A stretch of DNA of 64,000 nucleotides. Source: an uncultured Alphaproteobacteria bacterium. Lineage in GTDB: Bacteria > Pseudomonadota > Alphaproteobacteria > JAJUGE01. The position numbers and the translations under genes were made by a program. A model generated the notes under the pieces. It searched no databases, was not told the DNA's origin, and saw only the letters and a program-made list of their open reading frames with translations. Positions within the stretch are counted from its first letter, which is position 1, and every line of letters starts with the position of its first letter. Positions 8,885 to 16,616 of the stretch are shown piece by piece. The stretch lies in assembly GCA_964625225.1 (NCBI GenBank), contig CAZVAR010000004.1, positions 353-64,352 on the forward strand, given 5' to 3'.

Positions 8885-9673
8885 TCAGCCGTAGCTTCGC
8901 GACATGCCTTCGGCCGGATCCATGTGGGCGCCGTAGGGCGGGATTGGATAGCGAAGGCCGACCCGGGCCAAACCTTCCAGCCCCTGGATCCCGCGGGCGA
9001 ACTCCTCCGGTGGCAGCGCGATCAGCATCTCGTCGTCGGCAACGCCGCCATAGCGGCGCTCGGCATAACAGGGGATGGAGATCGAAGTTTCCCGCGTTAG
9101 CAACGCCTTGCCCCAGGAATCTGCACAGGCGCTCTCGCCGGTGATCGACATGTCATAGCGCTTGTAGCGTTTCCATTGCAGGCCGTTTACGAACAGAATG
9201 ATCTGCCCCGGCGTGCCGTAGAACAGCACGATGTCCGGTGGGTCCAGCCGGCCCGAGCGGAGCGGCGACACTACGGTTGCTACGTACTTGCCGTAAGTCT
9301 GGCGCGGCATCTGCTGCTGATGCGCGTGTGCGGCCTCTTGGTTCTCGAACCAGACGCCGTTCATCCGCTCGCCCGACAACGTCGGTTCGTCCGGCAAGTC
9401 GATCCCCAGAACGCCGCCGCAATTGGAGTTCGGGCGCACGTTCTCGGTGGTAATTCCGAGCGTGAAGCCGGCCATGCGCGCCTGTGTCACCAATTGGCAG
9501 GTTGTATGGAACCGTCCCGGCTTGGGTCGGCGCAGCCCGGGCACCCTTTCCATCTCCTCGACGGTCTCGAACTGCTTCATGCCGATCGGCAGCGTCCGGA
9601 TCTTCAGAAGATCGTGCAGCTTCGCCGCCAATTCCTTGAGCTCGGTCGCGCTTACGGTCTTCCCGTCGTTCAT
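8885..9673 (-). CDS. DUF169-domain protein (COG2043-like, function unknown)
   Basis: The 262-aa protein begins ...LKIRTLPIGMKQFETVEEMERVPGLRRPK....FHTTCQLVTQARMAGFTLGIT..., a pattern I associate with DUF169. It ends 12 nt upstream of the methyltransferase start. Confidence 0.6.
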   Translation of the reverse strand: MNDGKTVSATELKELAAKLHDLLKIRTLPIGMKQFETVEEMERVPGLRRPKPGRFHTTCQLVTQARMAGFTLGITTENVRPNSNCGGVLGIDLPDEPTLSGERMNGVWFENQEAAHAHQQQMPRQTYGKYVATVVSPLRSGRLDPPDIVLFYGTPGQIILFVNGLQWKRYKRYDMSITGESACADSWGKALLTRETSISIPCYAERRYGGVADDEMLIALPPEEFARGIQGLEGLARVGLRYPIPPYGAHMDPAEGMSRSYG

Positions 9674-9854
9674 TTCTTGCTCCTCGGGCGGATCTCCAGC
9701 GCCAACTATAGCGGCAATCCGGAAGCAGCGCCCATCGTTCCGTCAGCTTTCACTGACCCGCGCGACCTGCGGTGCGGTAGGTGCTGCAACCCGGTTGCGA
9801 TGTAGCTCGGCCTCGCATAGGTTCTGACCGTAGCACCGGAGCGGAATGCACCAT

Positions 9855-10163
9855 GCGGACGTGGCGAAACCGGTAGACGCAGCAGACTTCATTGGAGTGC
9901 CCGCGGGGAAACCCACGGCGTAGAACCGCTCAAACTCGGGGAAAGCTACCGGCATGGCCCAAGCCAATCCCGAGCCAAGCCCCGTTCGGGGAAGGTGTAG
10001 AGACTAGACGGGCGGCGCCTAAGGCTCCCGGGCTATGGCGAAGGGATAGTCCAGACCACGAACGTCACGGGCGGAAGGGCCCGGGGCGGCGGCGAAAGCC
10101 GAAGTGGTACGAAAATCTGCTTCCCCTCGGGGAGTGCGGGTTCGAGTCCCGCCGTCCGCACCA
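9855..10163 (+). tRNA. trnL-UAA: tRNA-Leu(UAA), split gene with exons 9855..9889 and 10112..10163 (CCA encoded)
   Basis: Joined exons fold as a class II tRNA. The acceptor stem is GCGGACG/CGTCCGC. The D-arm is GCGAAACCGGTAGACGC. The anticodon stem is GCAGA/TCTGC with loop C-U-U-A-A-A-A (anticodon UAA). The long variable arm is TTCCCCTCGGGGAGT. The T-arm is GCGGG-TTCGAGT-CCCGC, followed by discriminator A and CCA. The gene is interrupted between U34 and A35. Confidence 0.93.
9890..10111 (+). ncRNA. Group I self-splicing intron (cyanobacterial/plastid trnL-type, IC3-like), 222 nt, with no internal ORF
   Basis: It is inserted after U34 of the anticodon. P1 can form between the exon end ACUU|C (9886-9890) and GGAGU (9894-9898), giving the canonical U.G pair at the 5' splice site. 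The intron ends in G (10111). The core strings GCTCAAACTCGGGGAAA, CAATCCCGAGCCAAGCC, GGAAGGTGTAGAGACTAGACGGG and GATAGTCCA closely parallel what I recall of the Anabaena trnL intron core (CUCAAACUCAGGGAAAC, CAAUCCUGAGCCAAGCC, GGAAGGUGCAGAGACUCGACGGG, AGAGUCCA). Confidence 0.88.
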
Positions 10164-10573
10164 AAATCCCGATCTTCTAGACACTACAAGCCTTGCGAAT
10201 CTCGCGGGCGAAGCGAAATCGGCTGCGCGCACCGACGGCGCGTCCTGCCTTGTCAGAGCGGTTGCCGCCGGATGCCGTCGTTCGCCGACTGAAGCCCGGT
10301 CTCATGTCCGATGCCAGATCCGTCCGACATCAGCCGAGCAGAAGACATCGATAGTCCGGCCGCGGCGGTAATACACCATAGATCACATATCTAAAGGTAA
10401 TTCCGGTTGTATCGAAAGTGCGTGTGCGCAAAGTTGCATAAATATATATCAATTTGAAGAAAGTTTGTAAGAAATGATCGATAAAAGGTCTGCAGCTCGG
10501 CTTGAATACTGTACGGCGCCGCACTAAGGTCATAGCGACCCTCGTGTAACATTAGCGGTATTGCAATCAAACA

Positions 10574-10855
10574 ATGCAAATATCCGGACGAAAGCTCCTG
10601 GAAGCTGCAAAACGTGTTGGACGGCAGCAGGCCAAAGGTGAAGGTGGCACCGGAGAGGGCCTCCGCGGGTTAACCGATGCGCAGATCCTCGAACTGATCG
10701 CGGCCGATGCCGAGAGCCGAAAGCAGGCTCATCGCGAGCGGATGCGCCGCTACTATCAAGAGCGTGTCGCCCGTATGGCCCAGGGCAAGGTCGTGGCCAG
10801 TCCGCCAAAGAGCCGACCCCGTAAGGCGAGCCGGCGGACACCGGGCTCCACTTGA
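10574..10855 (+). CDS. Orphan small basic protein (93 aa), doubtful
   Basis: The ORF starts at the edge of an AT-rich patch: MQISGRKLLEAAKRVGRQQAKGEGG...RMRRYYQERVARMAQGK... It has noticeably more A/T-ending codons than neighbouring genes and no obvious Shine-Dalgarno sequence upstream. I recognised no family. Confidence 0.3.
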   Translation: MQISGRKLLEAAKRVGRQQAKGEGGTGEGLRGLTDAQILELIAADAESRKQAHRERMRRYYQERVARMAQGKVVASPPKSRPRKASRRTPGST

Positions 10856-11156
10856 GCGGTCTGTAACGTCCCAACGCGGGTGGCTGTGACCGCAGTCGCC
10901 ATTCTGCCGCGCCCGATCCGATAGCTGGCGTAGAGCGCTGCTGTCGGACGGGCGATCAAGGAAGGTACTGTTGTCGCGACGCCGGGCGGCCGTGGCCGGC
11001 GTTCGCGGCAGCGGCCTTGCCGGCCGTCCGTGGATTGCGGGAGGACGGACGTTCAGGGAGCGTTGGCGTCCCCGGGCGCTGCCGGCGCGACGGTGCGCAT
11101 CGACCGTATCGCGGTCATGCCGGCGGTCGATGGTCCGCCACTATCGGGCGGCGGCC

Positions 11157-12317
11157 CTAATTGACGTTGGTGGGTGCCGCCGGCACACCCGCAGCCGGCT
11201 TCTCCTGGGAGTTGGTCTCGACGGGCTGGGTTAGGTCTTCAATACGGCTGCGGAGCTTCCCCGTCTTGAAGTCCGTAAGGCGATAGGCCCAGCCTGACGT
11301 CCGGGCATTGATGGTCTCGGCTTCGGCAGCGACCTCTTCGACCGTCTTGAACAGGTCGGCCGTCCGGCCCTCGGCCGAATCCTTGCCCGCATTGGCGGAA
11401 ACGAAGCTGGCCGCCTCCGGGTGCGGCTCGACCGTGTCTGCCTTCACCCGGACCCACATTGTGCCCTCGTCCTCGGTCGCGTCCATTATCAGGCGGAGCC
11501 CGTCATAGCTGACAAACTCACCGGTGACCGCAGGTGTCGCGAAATCCAGTTCGGAAGCGGGACGGACATCTTCCAGGATCAGGAAATCGGTGATGCTCGG
11601 CAAGGCAGAAAGGTCGTAGGCCGGCTTCGGTTGACGCTCCTCCGGGATCGGCGACCGCAGGCTGTAGTCGCCGGGCGCCGGTTGGTCCTTCGCCACCACG
11701 ACGCGCTCGCCATCGGCATGGGTGATCGTGACCGTCCAGATGCGTCGCTGGTCTACATTGACGATGTTGCGGTCGAGCCAAGAGACGAGCTGTCTGTCCG
11801 GCCGCAGCTCCCCTTCGGCAAGCCAAGCTTGTTCCTCGCCGACGCGCCGCACGAACAGACCGCCACCTTCGCCGGTCGGACGTGCGCGACCGATGATCAC
11901 ATCGGCCAGTAACTCGTCGCCGGCATGCACGGTTACCTGTACCGACTTCGCGTCGGGCGCATCGACATCCTCGACCTGTAACTTGCTGTAAAGTTCCGGT
12001 TTCGTCGTGCGCCGTTCGACCGTTTCGATTCGGGCGAGGTTGAGCAACATCCGGCGGAGCTTTTCGAAATCGACCGGGTAGCCGGCCTTGTCCGGCATCA
12101 CCCACCGATCGTCGGTGCGCTCCAAATTCACCGAGCTTTCGGCGCTGCGAATGGTCACCCGCGTCACCGCATTCACGCGGTCGAGCAGGCCCGGAACGAA
12201 GACCTGCCGGGCCGGGCCCGCCTGGCCGGCCTCCTGCCGCTGCTGGATGGCGATGCCGGCACCGGCAATGGCTAGGACCGCAACTCCGACCAGGGCGATG
12301 AAGGTGTTTCTGCGCAT
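11157..12317 (-). CDS. DUF4340-domain protein (last gene of the GldG-type ABC operon)
   Basis: The 386-aa protein has an N-terminal membrane anchor (MRRNTFIALVGVAVLAIAGAGIAI) and then a soluble domain. Its position directly after a GldG-like gene is the usual DUF4340 context. Confidence 0.65.
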   Translation of the reverse strand: MRRNTFIALVGVAVLAIAGAGIAIQQRQEAGQAGPARQVFVPGLLDRVNAVTRVTIRSAESSVNLERTDDRWVMPDKAGYPVDFEKLRRMLLNLARIETVERRTTKPELYSKLQVEDVDAPDAKSVQVTVHAGDELLADVIIGRARPTGEGGGLFVRRVGEEQAWLAEGELRPDRQLVSWLDRNIVNVDQRRIWTVTITHADGERVVVAKDQPAPGDYSLRSPIPEERQPKPAYDLSALPSITDFLILEDVRPASELDFATPAVTGEFVSYDGLRLIMDATEDEGTMWVRVKADTVEPHPEAASFVSANAGKDSAEGRTADLFKTVEEVAAEAETINARTSGWAYRLTDFKTGKLRSRIEDLTQPVETNSQEKPAAGVPAAPTNVN

Positions 12318-12346
12318 TTCCGCTCCTTTGCGGCCATCCGCTTCGC

Positions 12347-14323
12347 TCAGGCCGCCCGCGGCCGGCGACGATATCCGCGGCGAATCATGGCGAGCACAAC
12401 CGCGACGACCGCCACCAGCAACGGAATCAGGCCGATATTGATCGCCTCGATCCAGTTGGAGAGATTCTCGACGTCCTGGCGCAGCGCGTGCTGCACATCG
12501 CGGAGTTCGCGCCGGATGCGGACCGTCTCCGCCCGAAAGTTCTCGATCGCCTCCCTCTGCTCGTCCGTCAGCACGACACCTTCGGCGCCTTCGCTCGGAC
12601 CCTGCAGCTCGGCGAGCTTCTGTTCGGTGGATCGGAGCGCTGCCAGCAGTTCCTGCTCCTTGGCACGGAAACGCTGTTCCGCCTCACGCTGAATCGCCTG
12701 CACCTTCGTGAACGGACGCTGGTAGACGCCGCGGCTGCGCAGCCCGATCAATTCGTTGCTGCCGGTCAGGTTCTCGACTGCGTTGATCAAGAAGGCGCCA
12801 TTATGGGCATAGGGCATCGCGATGCGTTGTCCGAAGAAGTCTTGGACACGCACCCAGAGCCCGTCGGCCAGCATGTCGACGTCGGCGACGACGATCATGT
12901 TGACCGGTGCCGTGGATTCGGCCAGATGCTCCGGCCCGGCCGCCTCGGTCGGCGTGTCTGCAGGAGTGGCCGCATCCTGCCTGTCCTGCGTCTCACCCCC
13001 GCCCTCGTCATCGGCCTTCGGCGGGCCGTCGGGGAAGGCACTCTGGACGGTCCCGTGCAGGCGTGCCGCCAGCACCAGGGGTTCGCCGGTGTTCTTGAAG
13101 CTGGTGAGGGCCTTGACGGGATTCGCCGTCCCCTGGACCAGAGCCACGTCAACCGTACCCGCGCCCCGGTCACTGGTCACCAGAAGCGGATTCATCTCGA
13201 TCGTCGCGCCCTCCTTTTTCCGGAGGAAGCCGGGCGAGGCAAGATTGACCTGACCGAGCTGGCTGACGACCGGATCGTCCTGATCGAAATGGTCGCGAGT
13301 GAGCGCGAGCCAGAGCGGGTAGTCGACCGCGGCGACGCGCGTGCCGTCTTGGCCCTCAGTCGGCACCTGCACGCGGCGTGCCGCCGTAAGGTCGCCCGCG
13401 ACCTTGTCGGCCGGCATCTCGACACCCCAGGCGCCGAGCAGCTTCTCGAGGTTGGAACCGTAATCGCCCATGCCGAGGGGCATGCCCGGCTGCGGCATTG
13501 CCGCATCCGCTTCGGAGTGCGGGTCGATAAAGACCAAAAGCTGCCCGCCACGCATCACGAACTGGTCGATCGCGTAGAGCATGCTGTCGGCGAGGTTTTT
13601 CGGATGGACCAGGACCAGCAGCTTCACCGATTCCGGGATGCTGTCGCCCGAGGCCGAGATCGTCTCTACCTCGAAGGACTGCCGGAGCTGGTTGTAGACG
13701 ATCCATGAATCGTCGGTGCCGGCGCGGCGGGCGTAGGGTGTGCCGGCCATCGGTAGCGAGGTGATGAGGCCGACGACCGGCTTCTCCAGGGTGGCGAGGT
13801 CGTGAATGATCCGCGTCAGGTCGTACTCCAGCAGGTTCTCCCGCGACTGGTCGAAGAAGGGGATCACCTCGCGCTCGTCGACGCTGTTGGTGGCGGCGAG
13901 CCCGAAATAGACCAGCTCACCGCCCTGATCGACCGGTACGCCCTGCAAGCCGTAGGCGACGGCGCGGTCTTCCGCCTCCGAGAATGGTTCGGGGTCATAG
14001 ACTTCGAGGCGCACCTTGCCGTTGGAGCGATTGGCATACTCCTCGAGCAGGTCACGGACCCGCTGGGCATAGAGGCCCACCGACGGGATTTCGCGCCCGA
14101 GCCGCTCGGAGAAGTAGAAGCGCAGCGTGATCGGCTCGTCGAGCTGGTTCAGGACGGAGAGCGAGCCTTCCGAAAGCGTGAACAGCTTCTCCTCGGTCAG
14201 ATCGACCCGAGCCGTCTTGAGGAACGTGTTCGAGACGATCAGCACTGCCGCGAAGAGCACGGCAATGAGAACGAGGCTCAGCCCCGAATAGATCCTGCGT
14301 TGCCGGATGCGCGAGGCGTCCAT
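12347..14323 (-). CDS. GldG-family ABC-transporter auxiliary protein (ABC_transp_aux)
   Basis: The 658-aa protein has N- and C-terminal TM segments (…LSLVLIAVLFAAVLIV…, …GLIPLLVAVVAVVLAMI…). It shows the start typical of GldG-like proteins, DLTEEKLFTLSEGSLSVLNQLDEPITLRFYFS. It follows the ABC-2 permease by 4 nt. Confidence 0.75.
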   Translation of the reverse strand: MDASRIRQRRIYSGLSLVLIAVLFAAVLIVSNTFLKTARVDLTEEKLFTLSEGSLSVLNQLDEPITLRFYFSERLGREIPSVGLYAQRVRDLLEEYANRSNGKVRLEVYDPEPFSEAEDRAVAYGLQGVPVDQGGELVYFGLAATNSVDEREVIPFFDQSRENLLEYDLTRIIHDLATLEKPVVGLITSLPMAGTPYARRAGTDDSWIVYNQLRQSFEVETISASGDSIPESVKLLVLVHPKNLADSMLYAIDQFVMRGGQLLVFIDPHSEADAAMPQPGMPLGMGDYGSNLEKLLGAWGVEMPADKVAGDLTAARRVQVPTEGQDGTRVAAVDYPLWLALTRDHFDQDDPVVSQLGQVNLASPGFLRKKEGATIEMNPLLVTSDRGAGTVDVALVQGTANPVKALTSFKNTGEPLVLAARLHGTVQSAFPDGPPKADDEGGGETQDRQDAATPADTPTEAAGPEHLAESTAPVNMIVVADVDMLADGLWVRVQDFFGQRIAMPYAHNGAFLINAVENLTGSNELIGLRSRGVYQRPFTKVQAIQREAEQRFRAKEQELLAALRSTEQKLAELQGPSEGAEGVVLTDEQREAIENFRAETVRIRRELRDVQHALRQDVENLSNWIEAINIGLIPLLVAVVAVVLAMIRRGYRRRPRAA

Positions 14324-14327
14324 GCGC

Positions 14328-15062
14328 TCAGTCCGCTTTCTTGAGGTCGACGACGATCACCGTGGCGGCAAGCCAGGCCGCGATCAGCGCCGCATAGAAG
14401 ACGATGTCCCGGGCGTCGATCACGCCCTTGATGATCGCATTGAAGTGGGTGAGGAAGCTGAAGGAGGCGATGGTCTCGATCAGCGCTCGCGGTGCCCAGT
14501 CCCCGAAGAAGGACAGCAGAGCGGCCGAACCGCTGACGGTGAACAGGAAGCAGACCGCGACCGTCAGCACGAAGGCGATCACCTGGTTGCGGGTCAGCGC
14601 CGACAAGCAGCAGCCGATCGCAAGATAACCGCCCGCCATCAGGAAGCTGCCGACATAGCCCGCCAGGATGACGCCGTTATCCGGGTCGCCGAGCCAATTG
14701 ACGGTTAGCCAGAGCGGAAAGGTCAGCAGCAGTGCGATACCAGCAAAGGCCCAGGCGGCCAGGAACTTACCGAGTACGGCCTGCGTCAGGGTGATCGGCA
14801 GGGTCAGGAACAGTTCGATGGTACCGGTCTTCCGCTCCTCGGCCCAGAGCCGCATGGCGATGGCGGGCATCAGAAAGAGGTAAAGCCAGGGATGGAAGCC
14901 GAAGAAGACCTGCAGGTCCGCTTGACCACGTTCGAAGAAGTAGCCGACGTAGAAGGTGAGCGCGTTCGCCAGTACCAGGAAGATCACGATGAAGATGTAG
15001 GCGACCGGTGTGGCGAAGTATCCGGCCAGCTCCCGCCGGAACACGGTGAGCAGGTTATGCAT
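14328..15062 (-). CDS. ABC-2 type transporter permease
   Basis: The 244-aa, roughly six-TM protein begins MHNLLTVFRRELAGYFATPVAYIFIVIFL..., which is GldF/ABC-2-like. It overlaps the upstream ATPase gene by 8 nt. Confidence 0.8.
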   Translation of the reverse strand: MHNLLTVFRRELAGYFATPVAYIFIVIFLVLANALTFYVGYFFERGQADLQVFFGFHPWLYLFLMPAIAMRLWAEERKTGTIELFLTLPITLTQAVLGKFLAAWAFAGIALLLTFPLWLTVNWLGDPDNGVILAGYVGSFLMAGGYLAIGCCLSALTRNQVIAFVLTVAVCFLFTVSGSAALLSFFGDWAPRALIETIASFSFLTHFNAIIKGVIDARDIVFYAALIAAWLAATVIVVDLKKAD

Positions 15063-16086
15063 GGCCGCGCGCCTCCTCCGTGGCCGTCTCCCGCGGCGGC
15101 GGCAGCATCGGCGGCGCGCCGCCCGCGGGCGGCGCCGCCGCGATGCCGCCGCCGGTGATGGTGCGGAACACGTCCTCGAGGTCGCCCCGTTCGGCGGTCA
15201 CTTCCAGGGCCGGCCAGCCATGCGCCTGAACCAGCTGGTTGACGTTCCCGAAGATGGGTTGGCCGTCGCGAGGCAAGGCGACCAGCTTGACGGTGCCGCC
15301 GCGTGGCGCCTGACGCTCCACCTCCGACACCACGTCCAGGCTCTCCAGTGCATGTCCGGCCGCGTCTGCCAGTTCGCCCGGAACCGTGATCGAGACCGCG
15401 TTGTGGTAGCGGGAGCGAGCCGCCAGTTCGGCGGGCGTGCCGTCGGCGACGATGCGGCCGCCGGCGATGATGACGGCCCGCGTGCACACGGCGCTTACCT
15501 CCTCGAGGATGTGAGTCGAGATGACGATCGCCTTTTGGGGCGCCATCTGCTGAATAAGCAGTCGGACCTCGTGCTTCTGGTTCGGGTCAAGGCCATCGGT
15601 CGGCTCGTCGAGGATCAGCACTTCGGGATCGTGCAGCAGGGCCTGAGCAAGGCCGACGCGGCGTTTGAAGCCCTTGGACAGGGTGTCGATCGGCTGGTCG
15701 AGAACGTCGCGCAGATTGGTCATGTCCACCACGCGGGAAATCGCCCTGCGCCGGGCACCTCCGGAGAGGCCGCGTGCCGACGCCACGAAGCCGAGAAAGG
15801 CGTAGGGCGTCATATCGCCGTAGAGCGGCGCGCCCTCGGGGAGATAGCCGAGGCGCCGGCGCGCCTGGATCGGTTGGTCAAACACGTCGAAGCCGGCGAT
15901 GCTGGCACTGCCGGAACTCGGCCGCAGGAAGCCGGTGATCATCTTCATCGTGGTCGATTTCCCGGCACCATTGGGGCCGAGAAAGCCCAGCACTTCGCCC
16001 CGGGGGACGGTCAACGACACGCGATCGACCGCGGTAATCGATCCGAATCGCTTCGTCAGGTCCCTGGTCGCGATCATCTCGACCAT
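15055..16086 (-). CDS. ABC transporter ATP-binding protein (ABC-2/GldA-like)
   Basis: The protein has Walker A GPNGAGKST, an ABC signature LSKGFKRRV, and Walker B ILILDEPTDGLD. It also has a C-terminal extension, giving 343 aa in total. Confidence 0.85.
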   Translation of the reverse strand: MVEMIATRDLTKRFGSITAVDRVSLTVPRGEVLGFLGPNGAGKSTTMKMITGFLRPSSGSASIAGFDVFDQPIQARRRLGYLPEGAPLYGDMTPYAFLGFVASARGLSGGARRRAISRVVDMTNLRDVLDQPIDTLSKGFKRRVGLAQALLHDPEVLILDEPTDGLDPNQKHEVRLLIQQMAPQKAIVISTHILEEVSAVCTRAVIIAGGRIVADGTPAELAARSRYHNAVSITVPGELADAAGHALESLDVVSEVERQAPRGGTVKLVALPRDGQPIFGNVNQLVQAHGWPALEVTAERGDLEDVFRTITGGGIAAAPPAGGAPPMLPPPRETATEEARGHA

Positions 16087-16616
16087 CGAGCGATGCTCCC
16101 TTCACGAATGGCATCCGGCCATGCCGGGAGCCGCTGTTTACGGCGGCGAGGCCACCTTGCAAAGTTACGGATTGTTAAGGCTCCTCCCGGCCGGCCGCGT
16201 CTTCTACCGGAGCCGCCGCGCCGGGGCAACCCGGCGGCTCGGCCGCCGTCATGGCGCTCGCCTCGGACGCCCAGCCGGCCGGGCTCCCGCTCTCGCCGGC
16301 GGGCCGCGGCGGAGTCGCCATTCGTCGTCAAACGTCAACATTCGCCAACAAACGTCGCCATTCTCGGGGGCGCGATGCCGACGCGGCGCCGGCGTCGGGC
16401 GGCGGACCGCAACTGCCGTCGGCCGCGACTTGTCGCCACCGTGGCACAAAGTAGGAAAAAATGCAAGGCGTGCGACACTGTCCCGGTCCGACGCATTTCC
16501 GGATACCTTGGTACAGTCTCGAATGTGTTGGGCCTGTGGGCGCCGTGAGCGGCGCTTGACCGCGCGGAAGGGGGCTGGTTGAGTCGTGGTCCGCGCCGGC
16601 GGGGAAAGGGGCAATA

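Noticed and set aside
9892-10371. A 159-aa plus-strand ORF spanning the tRNA intron and 3' exon, considered as a possible intron-encoded homing endonuclease.
   Set aside because: It runs straight through the conserved ribozyme core and the tRNA 3' exon. It has no LAGLIDADG, GIY-YIG or HNH motifs and is Arg/Pro/Gly-rich. The 222-nt intron is too short to host an endonuclease gene.
10164-11156. I looked for a direct repeat of the tRNA-Leu 3' end (TTCGAGTCCCGCCGTCCGCACCA) that would mark an att site of an integrated element, and for an integrase gene.
   Set aside because: Neither was found by eye in the flanking kilobase or elsewhere in the window. I therefore report only a compositional anomaly, not a mobile element.
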